Of a stretch of DNA of 64,000 bases, positions 47,409 through 59,640 are shown piece by piece. Location of the stretch: assembly GCA_947169045.1 (NCBI GenBank), contig CAMVOC010000002.1, positions 17,762-81,761 of the forward strand, read 5' to 3'. Source of the DNA: an uncultured bacterium (GTDB lineage Bacteria > Patescibacteriota > Gracilibacteria > Absconditabacterales > Absconditicoccaceae). The translations under genes and the position numbers were made by a program. The notes below the pieces were generated by a model that was given only the letters and a program-made list of their open reading frames with translations, was not told the DNA's origin and made no database searches. The stretch's first letter is position 1. Every line of letters starts with the position of its first letter.

Positions 47409-48422
47409 ATGCCTCTTTCCCAAACGATCAAAACCAAACTTGAAACCGCACAAACTATCGCTCTTTTTTGACATGAAAACATAGATGGAGACGCCCTCGG
47501 AAGTATGTATGGACTCTGACTCCAGCTAGAAAAGCTAGGAAAAAAAATCTGATATTTCACTCCTGATCAGCCTTCTCCTCTCTTTAGTTTTTTGGATATT
47601 TCTACACTCCAAACCACATTTGACTACGGGAAATACGATCTAATCGTCCTCCTAGATATGAATCACCCTCTCAGAATGAAAAAATTCTACAAAGATCACG
47701 AAGAATACTTTGATCAAGCGGAAACAATCATCATTGATCATCACCTTCCAGAGCCAATACCAGCACTGTCTCACGCAACAATATTTGCCGACCATACAGC
47801 AATTGCAGCTTGTGAACTCGTATATGAACTCACTACAGCTCGACGAAAAGAAAAAAATCTGATGGATGAACGCATTGCGACCTTCCTATACATGGGAATG
47901 ACTAGTGATTCAGGGAACTTCCGTCACGACGAGGCATACCAAACGACCAGACTAATGGAAAACGCCCTCTGAGCTATCAAACAGGGAGCCAACAAACAAG
48001 CAGTAATCAACAACTTATTCCGCAATAAATCATATGAAGACCTAGCATTTATGCAACACATCCTCGCCAGAATGCAAAAACAAGAAGACATTTGCTATTC
48101 ACGATATACCAAAGCAGAACTAGCAGACTCTTGACTACATCGCGACAGCGCAGATTATGCTCTGTATCTCATGGTCGATGTCAGGACTGCACAACTCATC
48201 ATCCTCGGCAAAGAAACCGACGAAGGAATCAGAATCTCTTTCAGAGGGAAAGGGAAATACAACACACGTGAACTTGCAGCCCATTTCGGAGGAGGTGGAC
48301 ATTTCAATGCCTCAGGATGCACCATTCCTTCCTCTGGGAATATGCAACAAGATATGGAAGTTTTCATCAAACAAATACAAACAATACTCCCTACAGTCAC
48401 AACTCCCATAGCACAATCCTAG
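47409..48422 (+). CDS. nrnA: DHH-family phosphoesterase (NrnA-like oligoribonuclease / pAp phosphatase)
   Basis: G-HENIDGDALGS, IIIDHH, and GGGGHFNASG in the DHHA1 domain. Track ORFs 47592..47972 and 48171..48422 share one frame. Confidence 0.88.
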
Positions 48423-48444
48423 TTTTATCTCTGCATTTCTTGAA

Positions 48445-49806
48445 ATGAAACGACTTAGAATTCTACATCCTTTCTTTCATTTCCTCATTATTCTCTTCGT
48501 CTTTTTCCTGACGTACAAATTGAGACTTCGAGGAGATTTTTTCCGTGATGTCCCATTCATCAACATCCAAGAACTTCAGATTTTTGCGCTTTGTTCTGCC
48601 CTTATTTTCGTAACGCGAGGACGAATCAAAAAACTCTACCAACTCACAACCCTCTCCGAAACGACCATTAGAATCCTTCCAAAAGTACGAAGTTATCGAT
48701 TTATTTCTATGACATTTATTTCTTACTTCGGACAAGGGTTCTTATTTATGCGAGGAGTATCCAGATTTGTCATCATTTCTGCAGGAATTATCAGCTTTAT
48801 TTTACTGTTTTTCTTCGACCAATTACGAAATTTCATAGATTTTAAATTACAGCAAAAAGCAGGGAAAAAAATTCTGATTATCTCCAATAACCTCATAGAC
48901 AACGTAGAAATCCTCCAAACCATCAAGCAAAACTTCTCTTTCCCGACAGAATTTGCACAATATCAAGACATCGACAGTATCCAGCTTACCAATTACGCAA
49001 TCACCGTAGCTATAGGAACTTTTGAAAGAAACGATTTACAAGCCCTCTTCGAAAAAGTAAGATTCAACCCTACAAGATTTTTCCATATTTCAGAAGGGTA
49101 TTTCCTAGAAGACGTCGTCTACATCCCAGAGAAACTCGACAGTATCATCGCTATGGAGTACAAACATTCCAAATTAGACGGACGATCTCTCGTTATCAAA
49201 AGACTTTGCGACATTTTTGGATCCATCTTCGGAATTATTATTGGACTAATTCCTATGCTGATTATCGCAATACTTATCAAAATAGACAGTCCAGGACCAG
49301 TAATTTATTCTTCCAAAAGAGTTTGAAAAGGCGGAAAACTCTTCACGTTTTATAAATTCCGTACTATGTACACAGATTGCTGTACAGGAGTTGGAAATTC
49401 GAAGGCTGACAAGCTCTATCAAGACCTGATAAATTCCAGCAAAAATACCAGAGATAAAATTATGCCAAAAATCCAAAATGATCCAAGAGTAACCAAATTA
49501 GGAAGAATTTTACGTAAAACTTCTCTAGACGAACTGCCTCAATTATTTCAAGTATTAGTCGGTTCAATGTCTCTAGTAGGACCACGCCCTCATTTGCCAA
49601 ATGAAGTCGAAAAATACGAACCACGAATGAGGAGAGTATTGAGTATTAAACCAGGAATTACCGGATATGCACAGGTATTTGGAAGAGATAGCCTACCATT
49701 TGAAGAGGAAGCAAAACTCGATCTCCACTACATTCAGAATCGATCTATTTTTATGGATATTTACGTAATTTTTGCTACATTTTGAGTCGTATTCAAATGA
49801 AGATAA
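48445..49806 (+). CDS. Polyprenyl-phosphate sugar phosphotransferase (bacterial sugar transferase family, WbaP/EpsL-like)
   Basis: Several N-terminal TM helices. KFRTM, DELPQL, LVGPRP, KPGITGYAQV. Track ORFs 48445..49326 and 49366..49785 share one frame. TAA at 49804-49806. Confidence 0.9.
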
Positions 49807-50843
49807 ATGCGCACCTCGCTATCAAAGGAAAAAAAATACTAATTATCGGCAACCGAAGTTACAAAAACCTAGGTGATGAGCTGATTGTTTTATGAACAAC
49901 AAAAACGCTCCTACAACAAAAAGACCCAAAAGAATGCCCAGAAATTACCATCTCTTGTTTCAATCCTCAACGACTAAAAAAGTTCTTTTCACAGTTTTTC
50001 ACCACGAACGAACTGAGCAAAATTACATTCATTCATGAGCTCCCCAAAGGGGTAAGATCAGCCTTTTATTGGCTTAAAAATTGAGGAATCAAAGAGCTAA
50101 AACAATTCTGGCAAACAGATACAATCATCCTATGAGGAGGAGAGATCCTGACTGAAGAAAGTCCTAGTGCATATCGATATCGACTCGTCAGTATGCGACC
50201 ATTTTTAGTCGCTAAATGCTTCCACAAAAAAAAATATCTATACATTATGGGAGGCGTCCAAACTCCAGCAAGTCCACGCAAACTAAAACTTCTAAAATTC
50301 CTCCTAAATCGCACTACACACCTATATCTTCGTGACACCCAATCCGTCAACGAAATAAAAAAACTAGGCTACCAAAATGCTGAATTTTTCATGGATACGA
50401 GTTATTTTGCCTATGACTGGACTGAGAAGACACAGCAATCCACCAAAGACAAGTACATCATCGTAAACCTCAATAAAAACGGAGAACAGTTTATAGAAAG
50501 CCTCATCTCCGACATTTCTAAATATCTAAAACAAGGATACACTGTCTATTACGTCCCCGTTGCAAAAGGAGCAAATCAATATTACCAAGACATCCACTAC
50601 AAAAAAATACTAGAAAAAAAGCTGAATCATCATCTCGAAACACTAGATCGAGAGGAAGATTTCAACCATTTCGTACAACTACTTAAAGGAGCAGAAATCG
50701 TCATAAGTACGAGGCTACATTTATTTCTTATTGCTTCATTTCTTAGAATTCCGACAAAAGTATATCCATACCAAAAAAAGATTGTAAAGATGAAGGAGCT
50801 TATTTCATCCCTGCCAATATCCCGCTCCACAACCCTTGAATAA
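49797..50843 (+). CDS. Polysaccharide pyruvyl transferase (CsaB-like)
   Basis: ATG 49797 overlaps the upstream gene by 10 nt. ILIIGNRSYKNLGDELI, IL-G-GGEIL, STRLHLFLIA. Track ORF 50193..50843 is the C-terminal part. Confidence 0.75.
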
Positions 50844-51723
50844 TCTGCCATTTTCACTTTCCTCAGAATCTCAAAGCCTTCAGACTAAGCCACACAATAC
50901 ACCCAGGCAACCCTACCAAATAAAACTGCACTTTGTTCCAAAAAGTTGCATGTTTTTTTAAAAAGAAAAACCAATTTCTTGCTTTTTGACGAGCTTGTTC
51001 ATAAGTTCCAATCCACGCCTGTTGTAAAATGGTCTTCTCCCTTTCATAATGTCTCACTGGCAAATCCAAAAAAGAAAAAAATCTGACTCCTTTTTCTCGT
51101 AATGATAAGGTAAAATCTAAATCCTCTGCAATCCGCGCAATTTCTTCATCATATCCCATCTGTTTAAAAAGCTTTGCATCACCTAACAATCAATTCCCAC
51201 TAAACATGCGAATCTCACATGAGGAATGATTCTCAGCACGACAAACAATAGCTCTATTCTGCCAAAAATCCCACTTCAAAAAACCTCTATTTTGAATCTC
51301 TCAGGTCTCACGATACTGTAACGTCGAACAAATCACAACTTCAGTTCAGCATTCTTTTTTCTTTTGTTCATAATGCTCAACAGCTTGTTGTAAATAATCA
51401 GTATAAAAGCCATTATCATCATCAAAAAGCTGAATAAGTTTCCCATGTGCCTGCTTTATTCAAATATTTCTAACATAACTTGCTCATCAAGAATGTTTTC
51501 CTGCAAAAACCAAGTGAAAACGCCCAAAAAACTGTTTTTCCCACGTGTGTAATTTCGCATCTAAAGCATCCAGTATCGCATGCTCCTCCTGATCCACGAC
51601 CAATACTACCTCAAAATCTTGAAAAGTCTGTTGCTCCAAGCAACGAAAAATCCTCTCCAAATGCGGAATACTCGCCTCATTTCCTCTAGTTCCAAAAACG
51701 ACTGAAACTTGCATAATCCTCAA
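50800..51723 (-). CDS. Family 2 glycosyltransferase
   Basis: Track ORFs 51487..51723 and 50863..51189 share one frame (gap checked). SVVFGTRGNE, VVLVVDQEE, G-G-ASYVRNIG, FDDDN. Read-through of TGA at 50863 and 50854 reaches TAA at 50800-50802. Confidence 0.8.
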
Positions 51724-51905
51724 AATACTATCTAAATTTGTACTAAAATTTTATCTCTTTTTATGTATTCACCTTCCACTTGCAATCACAAAAAAAATAA
51801 CTAATAATCAAATATTTAAAGTCAATACATATCTACATGTCTTGAACCCTTCTTCTCATTCTAGTCATTGGACTACTTTTTATTTCATTATGTATTGTTA
51901 TTACT

Positions 51906-52346
51906 ATGGAAACAAAAAAAACACTTCGCAAAGAGTCTCAAAAAAACACCTTTTTGAGATTGTATTTACTCATTATCTCTATCATTGCAATTGGAGGAGC
52001 TACAATCAGTTTAGGATTCTTTATCTATCCTACTGTGCAAAAAGCCATTATAACCGACGAAGAATATGCAATCAACAACTGGCAATACTCTCAATGCGAA
52101 GAATCAAACTATAAAAACATACCCGTAGCTGTAAACGAAATTGATACCACATATGAGACAGAAGAAGTAATTCCAACCGACGAAGAGATCAAAGAATGCC
52201 AACAAAAGGCCATTGAAAAGCTAAAAATCCAAAGAAATTTCGAGTATAAAGACACCATTACTGTTGCGCTTTCTCGATTCCTGTTATTCACGATCCTTTT
52301 CGCAACACACTTTCCTTTCTTTATCAAACAAAATAAAGAAAAATAA
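51906..52346 (+). CDS. Hypothetical two-TM membrane protein (146 aa)
   Basis: Intact ORF with TM helices at both ends and an acidic loop containing Cys residues. Confidence 0.55.
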   Translation: METKKTLRKESQKNTFLRLYLLIISIIAIGGATISLGFFIYPTVQKAIITDEEYAINNWQYSQCEESNYKNIPVAVNEIDTTYETEEVIPTDEEIKECQQKAIEKLKIQRNFEYKDTITVALSRFLLFTILFATHFPFFIKQNKEK

Positions 52347-52378
52347 TATAGAATACTTAGTAACTAACCAATATTTTC

Positions 52379-53302
52379 ATGCTTCTTTATGTAGAAAAAA
52401 AAGCCAAAAATTATCCCCTTGCTCAAGAAATTCTACATACTTTTCCAAAGGTAAATATCATAGAAATTCAGCATTATAAAGATCTTTTCGATAAAACGAT
52501 CGGAGATTTTCCAATAGAAAAATGCATAATCCTCGCAAAACAAGAATCTATCAGTATTCTACCCACACCGCCGAATTACGGCTTCCCAAACAGCAAATCA
52601 TTTTTCTTTAAACCTAGTATCAATTGCGTATTCAACTGCACCTACTGCTATCTGAAAACGATGTTTAAAAACCGTTTTCCTGTCATTTTCGTCAATTATG
52701 AAGACATGAAAGAAGCCATTCAAACCAAAATACAAACAGAAAGAAAAAGCTGATACACAAAACAACTTACCTTCTACGCAAGTAATTATTCCGACTTACG
52801 AGCTATCGAATCCTTTACGCATTTCCATCAAGAATTTATCCCATTCTTCGAACAATTTGACAACGTCGTAATGGAAACAAGGACAAAATCTGCAACAATC
52901 AACCTACTCACCACGCCCAAAAATAAAAGCAGGAAATCAAGCATTTCACCTCGCAATACAGAGCTTGCTTTCTCACTTTCACCAGCATCTATTGCTGAAA
53001 AATACGAACCTAATACCGCTTCTCTCCAGCAAAAACTCCAAATTATTAAGCAACTGCTTAATCAAGGATACCGCGTAGGACTCAGATTTCTTCCTCTGAT
53101 CCCCGTCGAAAATTACCTCATAATCTACCAAGAACTCATCGATCAAGTGAAAGACTCCATCGACATCAACAAAATCGCCTCCATAGGAATTGCCCCTCTC
53201 ATCGAAAATAAAGAAGAAAGAAATGCTGACATCCTAACTCCATTTGAATTGCTATTTAAAAAAAACTTCCCAAATGCTAATCTGTTTCGAGATTATCAAT
53301 AA
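52379..53302 (+). CDS. Radical SAM protein, spore-photoproduct-lyase-like (SplB family)
   Basis: CVFNCTYC gives the CxxxCxxC cluster motif. Track ORFs 52379..52753 and 52871..53302 share one frame across TGA at 52751. Confidence 0.7.
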
Positions 53303-53339
53303 TTGAGAAGTTCATAAGGCAAGCATAACGTATCTAATC

Positions 53340-53585
53340 TTACAAAGAAAAACTACTAGCACCTAAAGAGAGCCTATCAAAAAGAGGCAAATATACTCCT
53401 CCACCAAAATATCTTTGCAGAGAGATCCAGATTCCAACCAAAATTGCCAACACTAAAACCACTAAAATCACTTTAATAGTTTTTTTTGAAGTCACTAAAC
53501 TAGAGATAACCGTACCTGCAACAGTTCCTGTAATAGCTACAATAATAGACTGCACTTCTGGAGAAAGATTTCGAAATCGAGACAT
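53340..53585 (-). CDS. Hypothetical small membrane protein (81 aa)
   Basis: Two TM helices. Its ATG (53583-53585) overlaps the dedA stop as TAATG, which suggests translational coupling. Confidence 0.55.
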   Translation of the reverse strand: MSRFRNLSPEVQSIIVAITGTVAGTVISSLVTSKKTIKVILVVLVLAILVGIWISLQRYFGGGVYLPLFDRLSLGASSFSL

Positions 53586-54238
53586 TATTTTTGCGTTTTA
53601 CTAGATAAAAAGGATTTAATTCATCAAACAATCACAGGAATCACTGAAATAAAAATGATTCACAAGACAACAAAAGTAAAATTTTTCTGAACCACTTCAA
53701 TATTCCCAAAGAAATATCCCACCCAAGTAAATAAAGACACTCGTACAAATCCTCCAACAAAATTATAAGCAATAAATTTTCTATATTTCATCTTTCCAAC
53801 CCCTGCTACAAAAGGAGCAAACGTACGAACAATAGGGACAAAACGAGCATAAATAATCGTCATAGCTCCATATTTATCATAAAAGGATTCCGTTTTTTCT
53901 AAATATTGAGGTTTAAAAATTCTTGGATATTTTTGAAAAGCTTTTTTTCAAAGAAATTTACCAATATGATAATTGGCAGTATCTCCCAAAATCGCAGCCG
54001 CACACAGCAATCCTCGTAAACAAAAAATATTTAAAGGGTTATCCAAAGCCGCGAAAGCCCCTGCAGCAAAAACAAGAGAATCTCATGGCAAAAAAGGCAT
54101 TACCACAACTCACGTCTCAATAAAAATAACCACAAATAAAATTCCATAGGTTAAAAGCCCATATTCAGAGATAAACTGACCAATATGCTGATCAATATGC
54201 AAGACAAAATCAATAAGGAACTTAATACCTTCCAACAT
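53585..54238 (-). CDS. dedA: DedA-family membrane protein
   Basis: [11 protein letters not shown]..., [33 protein letters not shown]. Track ORFs 54110..54298 and 53660..53863 share one frame (gap checked). TAA at 53585-53587. Confidence 0.88.
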
Positions 54239-54263
54239 TCCAACAAAGGACAAAGAAATAAAA

Positions 54264-54908
54264 TTACTCTTCATACTCTTCAAAATCAGTAGAGACATCT
54301 GACTTTTCCGAAAGATAATCTCTAATAACTTCTCCTAACGCATCAATAATAACTTCCATATTTTTAGCATCACCTTTCAAATCCTCTTCTATTTTTTGCT
54401 GTTGAGCCTCCATATGAGCATTCTTAAAAGCCAAAAGTTTCGTCACGTCTTTTTTTGGATGAGAAACATCATGGAAAAAAAAGCTAGCATCAGTACTTCA
54501 AACCTGAATTAATAGATCTCCTTTTCCAAATATTCTATCTCGCAAAGAATTCTGAGTATAAGAAATCGCATTAATTTTAGACCAATCCAATACCTGCGTG
54601 CGATATTCCAGTATTCCATCCCACAAAAACACCGTCAAATTATCCTTAGAAAGTAATAAGCAATCCAAATAAAGATTTAAAAAGCTGACTACCCAGCATC
54701 CAAAGAGTAATAATGCTAACACTCCAGCAACTCGTTCCACATAGCTAGCAGGGTCATACTGATGCCAAACCGCATATCCTACATAAATAACAAAAAGAAG
54801 AATGCTATAGAGCACCACTCCTCTCAAAAAGACAAAAGGGCTGTGACCTAGCATTTCTTCTACTTTTGAAATATCGACATATCTCTGGATAAGATACTTT
54901 CTCAACAT
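54264..54908 (-). CDS. Membrane protein with bacterial PH-like (YdbS/DUF304-type) domain
   Basis: Track ORFs 54498..54917 and 54264..54446 share one frame across TGA at 54498. Two TM helices are followed by LTVFLWDGILEYRTQVLDWSKINAISY...FGKGDLLIQV. Confidence 0.65.
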
Positions 54909-54931
54909 ATCACCCAAAAAGAGGAATAAAT

Positions 54932-55159
54932 CTATTTCCCTTGTACTGCCTGCATTCTCTTCTGCTTTTCAAGAAATTGTTCCATTCTTCCTTTAATAAC
55001 TTTCTTAACTTCCTTATTTTGATTAAAAGCAGGATGACACTGATAACAAGTTTCCACCTTAATAGGACCAGGAACTGTCGCATTAACCTTAAAAGCTGCA
55101 CCGCAAATACAGTTTACGTCAACTTCTTTGTAATAGGAAGCATGAATTCCTTTCTTCAT
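54932..55159 (-). CDS. rpmE: 50S ribosomal protein L31
   Basis: MKKGIHASYYKEVDVNCICGAAFKVNATV...CYQCHPAFN. Confidence 0.9.
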   Translation of the reverse strand: MKKGIHASYYKEVDVNCICGAAFKVNATVPGPIKVETCYQCHPAFNQNKEVKKVIKGRMEQFLEKQKRMQAVQGK

Positions 55160-55282
55160 CTGATAACTTTTAGAATAAATAAAGATAACCGTGGTAAATT
55201 TAAGTATAAAGAAAAGCTCTTTATTTTCAAGGTATTTTCAAAGGAAAATATTTTAACAATTAGAAAATCTGATATCAAAAGC

Positions 55283-55774
55283 CTAGAGATTAGCTAATTC
55301 TCCATACAAAGCAGTAATTTGTGCTTCAATTTCTGCTCTTTTCTGAGCCAAAATCTCTTCTTGAGTAAGTTCTTGAGCTCCAGAAAGAGCTACAGACTGA
55401 CATTTTGCGTCAATTCTTGTAATCAAAGCCTCCTTCAAATCAGCGATATCTCTCCTAATATCCACTAAATTTGGTTGATCAAGAGTTTCAGAAAGCTGTT
55501 CAGATGATACCCCTGTAGTAGTCATCACATCTGTCTCACCCATAACTGGTTCAATTTCACGAACAACATCTACAGTATCACACGTTGCAATTCCTGCCTC
55601 TCTTCCTTCAGAAAATCCTTGTGCGCGAAAATACTCCTGTACCTGAGCTGGCACCCAACGAACAAGATATTGCTGAGAAAATACTGGCGACATAATATCT
55701 CCAAACCCAGAGATAAAAAGGAAAACGAACGCAGCAAAAATCCAGAAAATTGTTGTTCGAAGAAAAGTTTTCAT
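55283..55774 (-). CDS. Hypothetical membrane-anchored/secreted protein (163 aa)
   Basis: Intact ORF. N-terminal TM helix TTIFWIFAAFVFLFISGF. C-terminal coiled-coil-like region. Confidence 0.6.
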   Translation of the reverse strand: MKTFLRTTIFWIFAAFVFLFISGFGDIMSPVFSQQYLVRWVPAQVQEYFRAQGFSEGREAGIATCDTVDVVREIEPVMGETDVMTTTGVSSEQLSETLDQPNLVDIRRDIADLKEALITRIDAKCQSVALSGAQELTQEEILAQKRAEIEAQITALYGELANL

Positions 55775-55857
55775 TATGGTATAGTAATAAAAAAATAAAA
55801 AGAACTAACAAAGAACTTACCTAAAGCACACAAGAAATCAAGAGGAAACACCTTGAC

Positions 55858-56004
55858 TTATTTCTCTCCTCTACTAAACAAATGATAAACGATAAGCAAA
55901 GGAGCAACAAAAATCTTCTTAAACGTCGGCTGCGTCCAAAAAAGAGCAGGGAAATCTTTAAAAAGAGAAGTAAAAAGCTGATCAAGTTTTTTCATGATTT
56001 TCAT
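55858..56004 (-). CDS. Possible small membrane protein (48 aa)
   Basis: MKIMKKLDQLFTSLFKDFPALFWTQPTFKKIFVAPLLIVYHLFSRGEK. Below the track cutoff. It fills an otherwise empty gap in a same-strand operon. Confidence 0.3.
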   Translation of the reverse strand: MKIMKKLDQLFTSLFKDFPALFWTQPTFKKIFVAPLLIVYHLFSRGEK

Positions 56005-56065
56005 ATCCTCATATAAACAAAATTACCACCAAAAGCAAGACTTTTCACCTATATCTATCTAGCCA

Positions 56066-56398
56066 TTAAAGTTTTTTCTCTAAAGCATCATAATGTTGAT
56101 ACATTTTCTGTACACTATTTTCCAAGAAATAATAATGGAAAAGGTAAGGAACTAACAAACACGCCAAAAGAATAAAAAGCAAAAGTAAAAAAAGATTAAA
56201 AGTCGGATACAAAATAAAAGAGACAGACACTCCTATTGTTAAAAGAGAAATACTCATCGTTACAATAAGATGAATCAATCTCTCATGTTGAAAAAACTGA
56301 ATATGAACCAAAACCGCATCAAGCGTCTTCTGACTGACTTTTTTTTCTTTTTCTAAATGTTCAAGCATTTGAAGATACGATGTAATAGCTTTAGTCAT
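56066..56398 (-). CDS. Hypothetical membrane protein (110 aa)
   Basis: Intact ORF with two TM helices. Confidence 0.55.
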   Translation of the reverse strand: MTKAITSYLQMLEHLEKEKKVSQKTLDAVLVHIQFFQHERLIHLIVTMSISLLTIGVSVSFILYPTFNLFLLLLFILLACLLVPYLFHYYFLENSVQKMYQHYDALEKKL

Positions 56399-56414
56399 AT
56401 GATAAAAAGAGTAA

Positions 56415-57965
56415 TTAAAAAACTTGTAACCTTATTCTTGATTTTATCGCAGGAATCGACTGATACCAAAATGGTGAGACTTTAATATCTACGCTTCCCA
56501 CCTCTGCATATTCTGAAGAAATCAGTCTCCTTGCTTCATCAACAGACAATCCTGAAATTAAATTTTTCAAAGAAACCAAAAGACGATTACCATCTTGAGC
56601 AAAATCATATCCTTGTAAAACATCAATTTTAGTAGTAATAATATACACATCTCCTTGTTGCCTATAAGCTCCCGTATTTGAAGAAGAAGTGTCCTTAATA
56701 AACGAAAGACTTCAGGTATCCACAGATAAAAATTTCTGCTGTGATGAAGAATGTTCATCCAAATAAGTATGAAACGCAGCGAGAAGATCCTTTCACAAAA
56801 CATAATGAAACGTATAAGTTACATAAGCAGAACCTTTAATTAAAGAGGCATCTGCACCTGTCTGTCGATCTCCCGTAATTGAAGTAAAAGTCGTACGAAT
56901 CAAAGAATCAAAAGGCAAAAGAATTCCATCCTGAATTCAAAGATTTTTTGCAACAACATCAAGTTTCTGGTGATAAGCTTGCTCCACCAGTTTCCCAGTA
57001 AGAGCTGCAATATCCTCTTGAGTCACGGATCCTACCGATGTTGTAGATCCTCCATAAAATTCCCCTACACTTACCCCTCGAAGTTGTTTAAATGAAGCCG
57101 ATTCTTCCAAATTCCTTATCCACATACGAGTTCACTCTCAAACATTTCCTCTAATTCCTACCACTTCTCCATTCATATCTTTATCCATCGCCTGCACCAT
57201 TATTTCTGTAACGGAAGGATTTTCTCTACTTCCTGTCGCTACTTCAAACCCATTCAACGCCCTAAAAATAACTCCATCTTCCGTAACAAATTGAGTATTC
57301 GCAACTAATGAATACGAGATTGGCAACGTATTAAACACCTGAATTTTTCATTTTGCAGGATTAATAAAATATTGCAAATTCGCCACAGAAATCGTCAAAT
57401 CATACTTATAATCCAATGAAGCTGTGTAATAAGGAATACTTAAAAACCTAGTATCTTGCACATACTCCGTATTTTCATGAGGATAATAGCGAAAATTATA
57501 AATAACCTGTTCTCTTTCTTCTGCCGGATATAAATACACAACAGCACTCGGGAAAATCAAAGAAACAAAAGCAAAAAGGAAAACCACTCCCACCAAAACC
57601 TCTAATCCAATCATCAATCCAAACAAATATTTTTTCGTCTCATACGCATGCAAATGAAACTTTTTAATATCAAACAAAAAAAGAGAGACAATACTGAAAA
57701 GCTTTTCAATATTCCTTTGCTTAATCACTTCCACTTGCAACCCTACTTGACGATAATATTCCTGACTTTGGTTATTTTTTGCAGAAAAAACCGCTTGTAG
57801 AGAGCGATCCTCTACAATTTCTTTCAACTGTTTTCCTCGCCATAAATTATCAAATAAAGGATGTTCTGGTTCTATAAAAATCTCCACTTCTCTTCACTTA
57901 GACACCTTTTCCAAAGTGGTAAAAATCTTATAGATACTATCCATTTTTGTAAAATAGAGTTTCAT
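56415..57965 (-). CDS. Hypothetical membrane-anchored protein (516 aa), weak baseplate-J-like stretch
   Basis: Track ORFs 57348..57887, 57138..57338, 56937..57125 and 56415..56648 share one frame (gaps checked). The N-terminus extends through TGA 57894 to ATG 57963-57965. One TM helix. ANTQFVTEDGVIFRALNGFEV...VQAMDKDMNGEVVGIRGNV-G-EGT is reminiscent of Baseplate_J. Confidence 0.7.
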
Positions 57966-58030
57966 TGTTCCCCCACTATAGGAAAAGTCTCTCAAAAATC
58001 CAGTCTATTTCTTTTCAATAAATAACAACA

Positions 58031-59599
58031 CTAAGGATGACTTTTTACGAACTGCCAATATCCTCGAATTCCTAACCCCACAAAAATTACCACCAAAAGA
58101 TACTGTTCAAACTGTCATTGAGCAACAATGGAGATAGACCACTGATTTCCTACGTTTGCAAACCAAAAAATGAGCGACATTAAAAGTTTTACAGGAACAA
58201 AAACAAAAGAAAAAGCTGAAAACAACAACGAAACAGCACCCATTACCGTAATAATTGGCACCAACGGAACAATGAAAAAATTTAAAAGAATGCCTACCAA
58301 ATTTACTCAATTCATAAAAAAGAGTAAAACAGGCGCCGTTCCTAAACTAGCTCAAAGAGTCGCCAATACCGTCGTCCTAATTCCTTCCCAAAAATGAGAA
58401 TCAGCTTTTTTCTTTTTTTGTCCAAGAGAAGTACGAGAGTCAGCTTTCAATCTCCTCTTTTCATCCCGTTTTCCAACTAACACAATTCCAATAATAGCAC
58501 CAAAACTGAGTAATAAGCCAACATCATACACTAAAGCGAAAGGGTTAAGAAAAAGCAATCCTATCAACGAATATCTCATCAAACGCCAAATGGAAATTTC
58601 TCTTCCTCGAAATAGTGCCATCAACGTCAATCCTCCCATAATCGCAGCTCTCACAACACTAGAATCCCCACCACAAAGCAAAGCATACAGCGAAATCATG
58701 ACAATAATCAAGCCATTTCTAATCTTTACCGGCACCCACATCAACAAAAAATTAAGCAAAACGACCACCATCGCAATATTTCCCCCACTAACAGCAATAA
58801 TATGTACCGTCCCACTCGCCACAAAAGAATCATAAAGTTCAGGAGGTAATAAGGATTTATCCCCTATCAAAAGTCATAACAAAAGCCCAGCATATGCCGT
58901 ACTACCATACACTGACTCCACAAAGCTCTGTAATTTTGCACGCAAAGAATCAATCCATCCTAACGTAAAATTCACGCTTGTTTTCCCCATCATAGTAGCT
59001 CTTCCTCCTTCACGCGTTACCAATAAACTATTTTTCTCATACAAAGATCCATCTATGCGCTTCATAAATAACCATTTATCATAATTGAACTGATATTGCC
59101 AAAATTCTGGCTTCCATATCCTCATTTCTCCAAGTCCAAAAACTTTTTCATCATTTCTTTCAGAAACCGAAGCAGACAAAAAAAGCTGATCTCCCAAATG
59201 ATGTGCTTGATTTGACGTGAGTCTCCAAATCTTCCCTTGCTCATCTTGTACCAGATACGTTTGCCATTTTTGTGTATCTACCACCTGCACAAATCCGTTA
59301 AAGGATTTCCATTTTGCAAGGTCTGCTCACATTTCTTGCTGTTGCACCTGATGACCTCCACGCATCCAAACATGAACCTGCACAACACCAAAAGCCAAAA
59401 AAACGCTCAAAGTAACCAGCAAAATCGTTCTAAAGCATCCCCTTACCAAAGAAAAATTTCAACGATATGAAATAAAAAATCTAACCAAAACAATAACACT
59501 CAAAAGCACAATCAAACCACAAGAAATCAAAAGGCTAACCTTCCGATCAAGCCACATCGTATTTACAGCAATTGAGAGCAAAAAAGCCAAAAATCACAT
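58031..59599 (-). CDS. comEC: DNA internalisation competence protein ComEC/Rec2 (no beta-lactamase domain)
   Basis: Track ORFs 58874..59290, 58352..58870 and 58115..58300 share one frame (gaps checked). GTVHIIAVSGGNIAMV is the competence-domain motif. Polytopic. The second codon is TGA. TAG at 58031-58033. Confidence 0.85.
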
Positions 59600-59640
59600 C
59601 TCTACGGCAAAAAAACAAAAAAATTCTTATAATAATTTTC

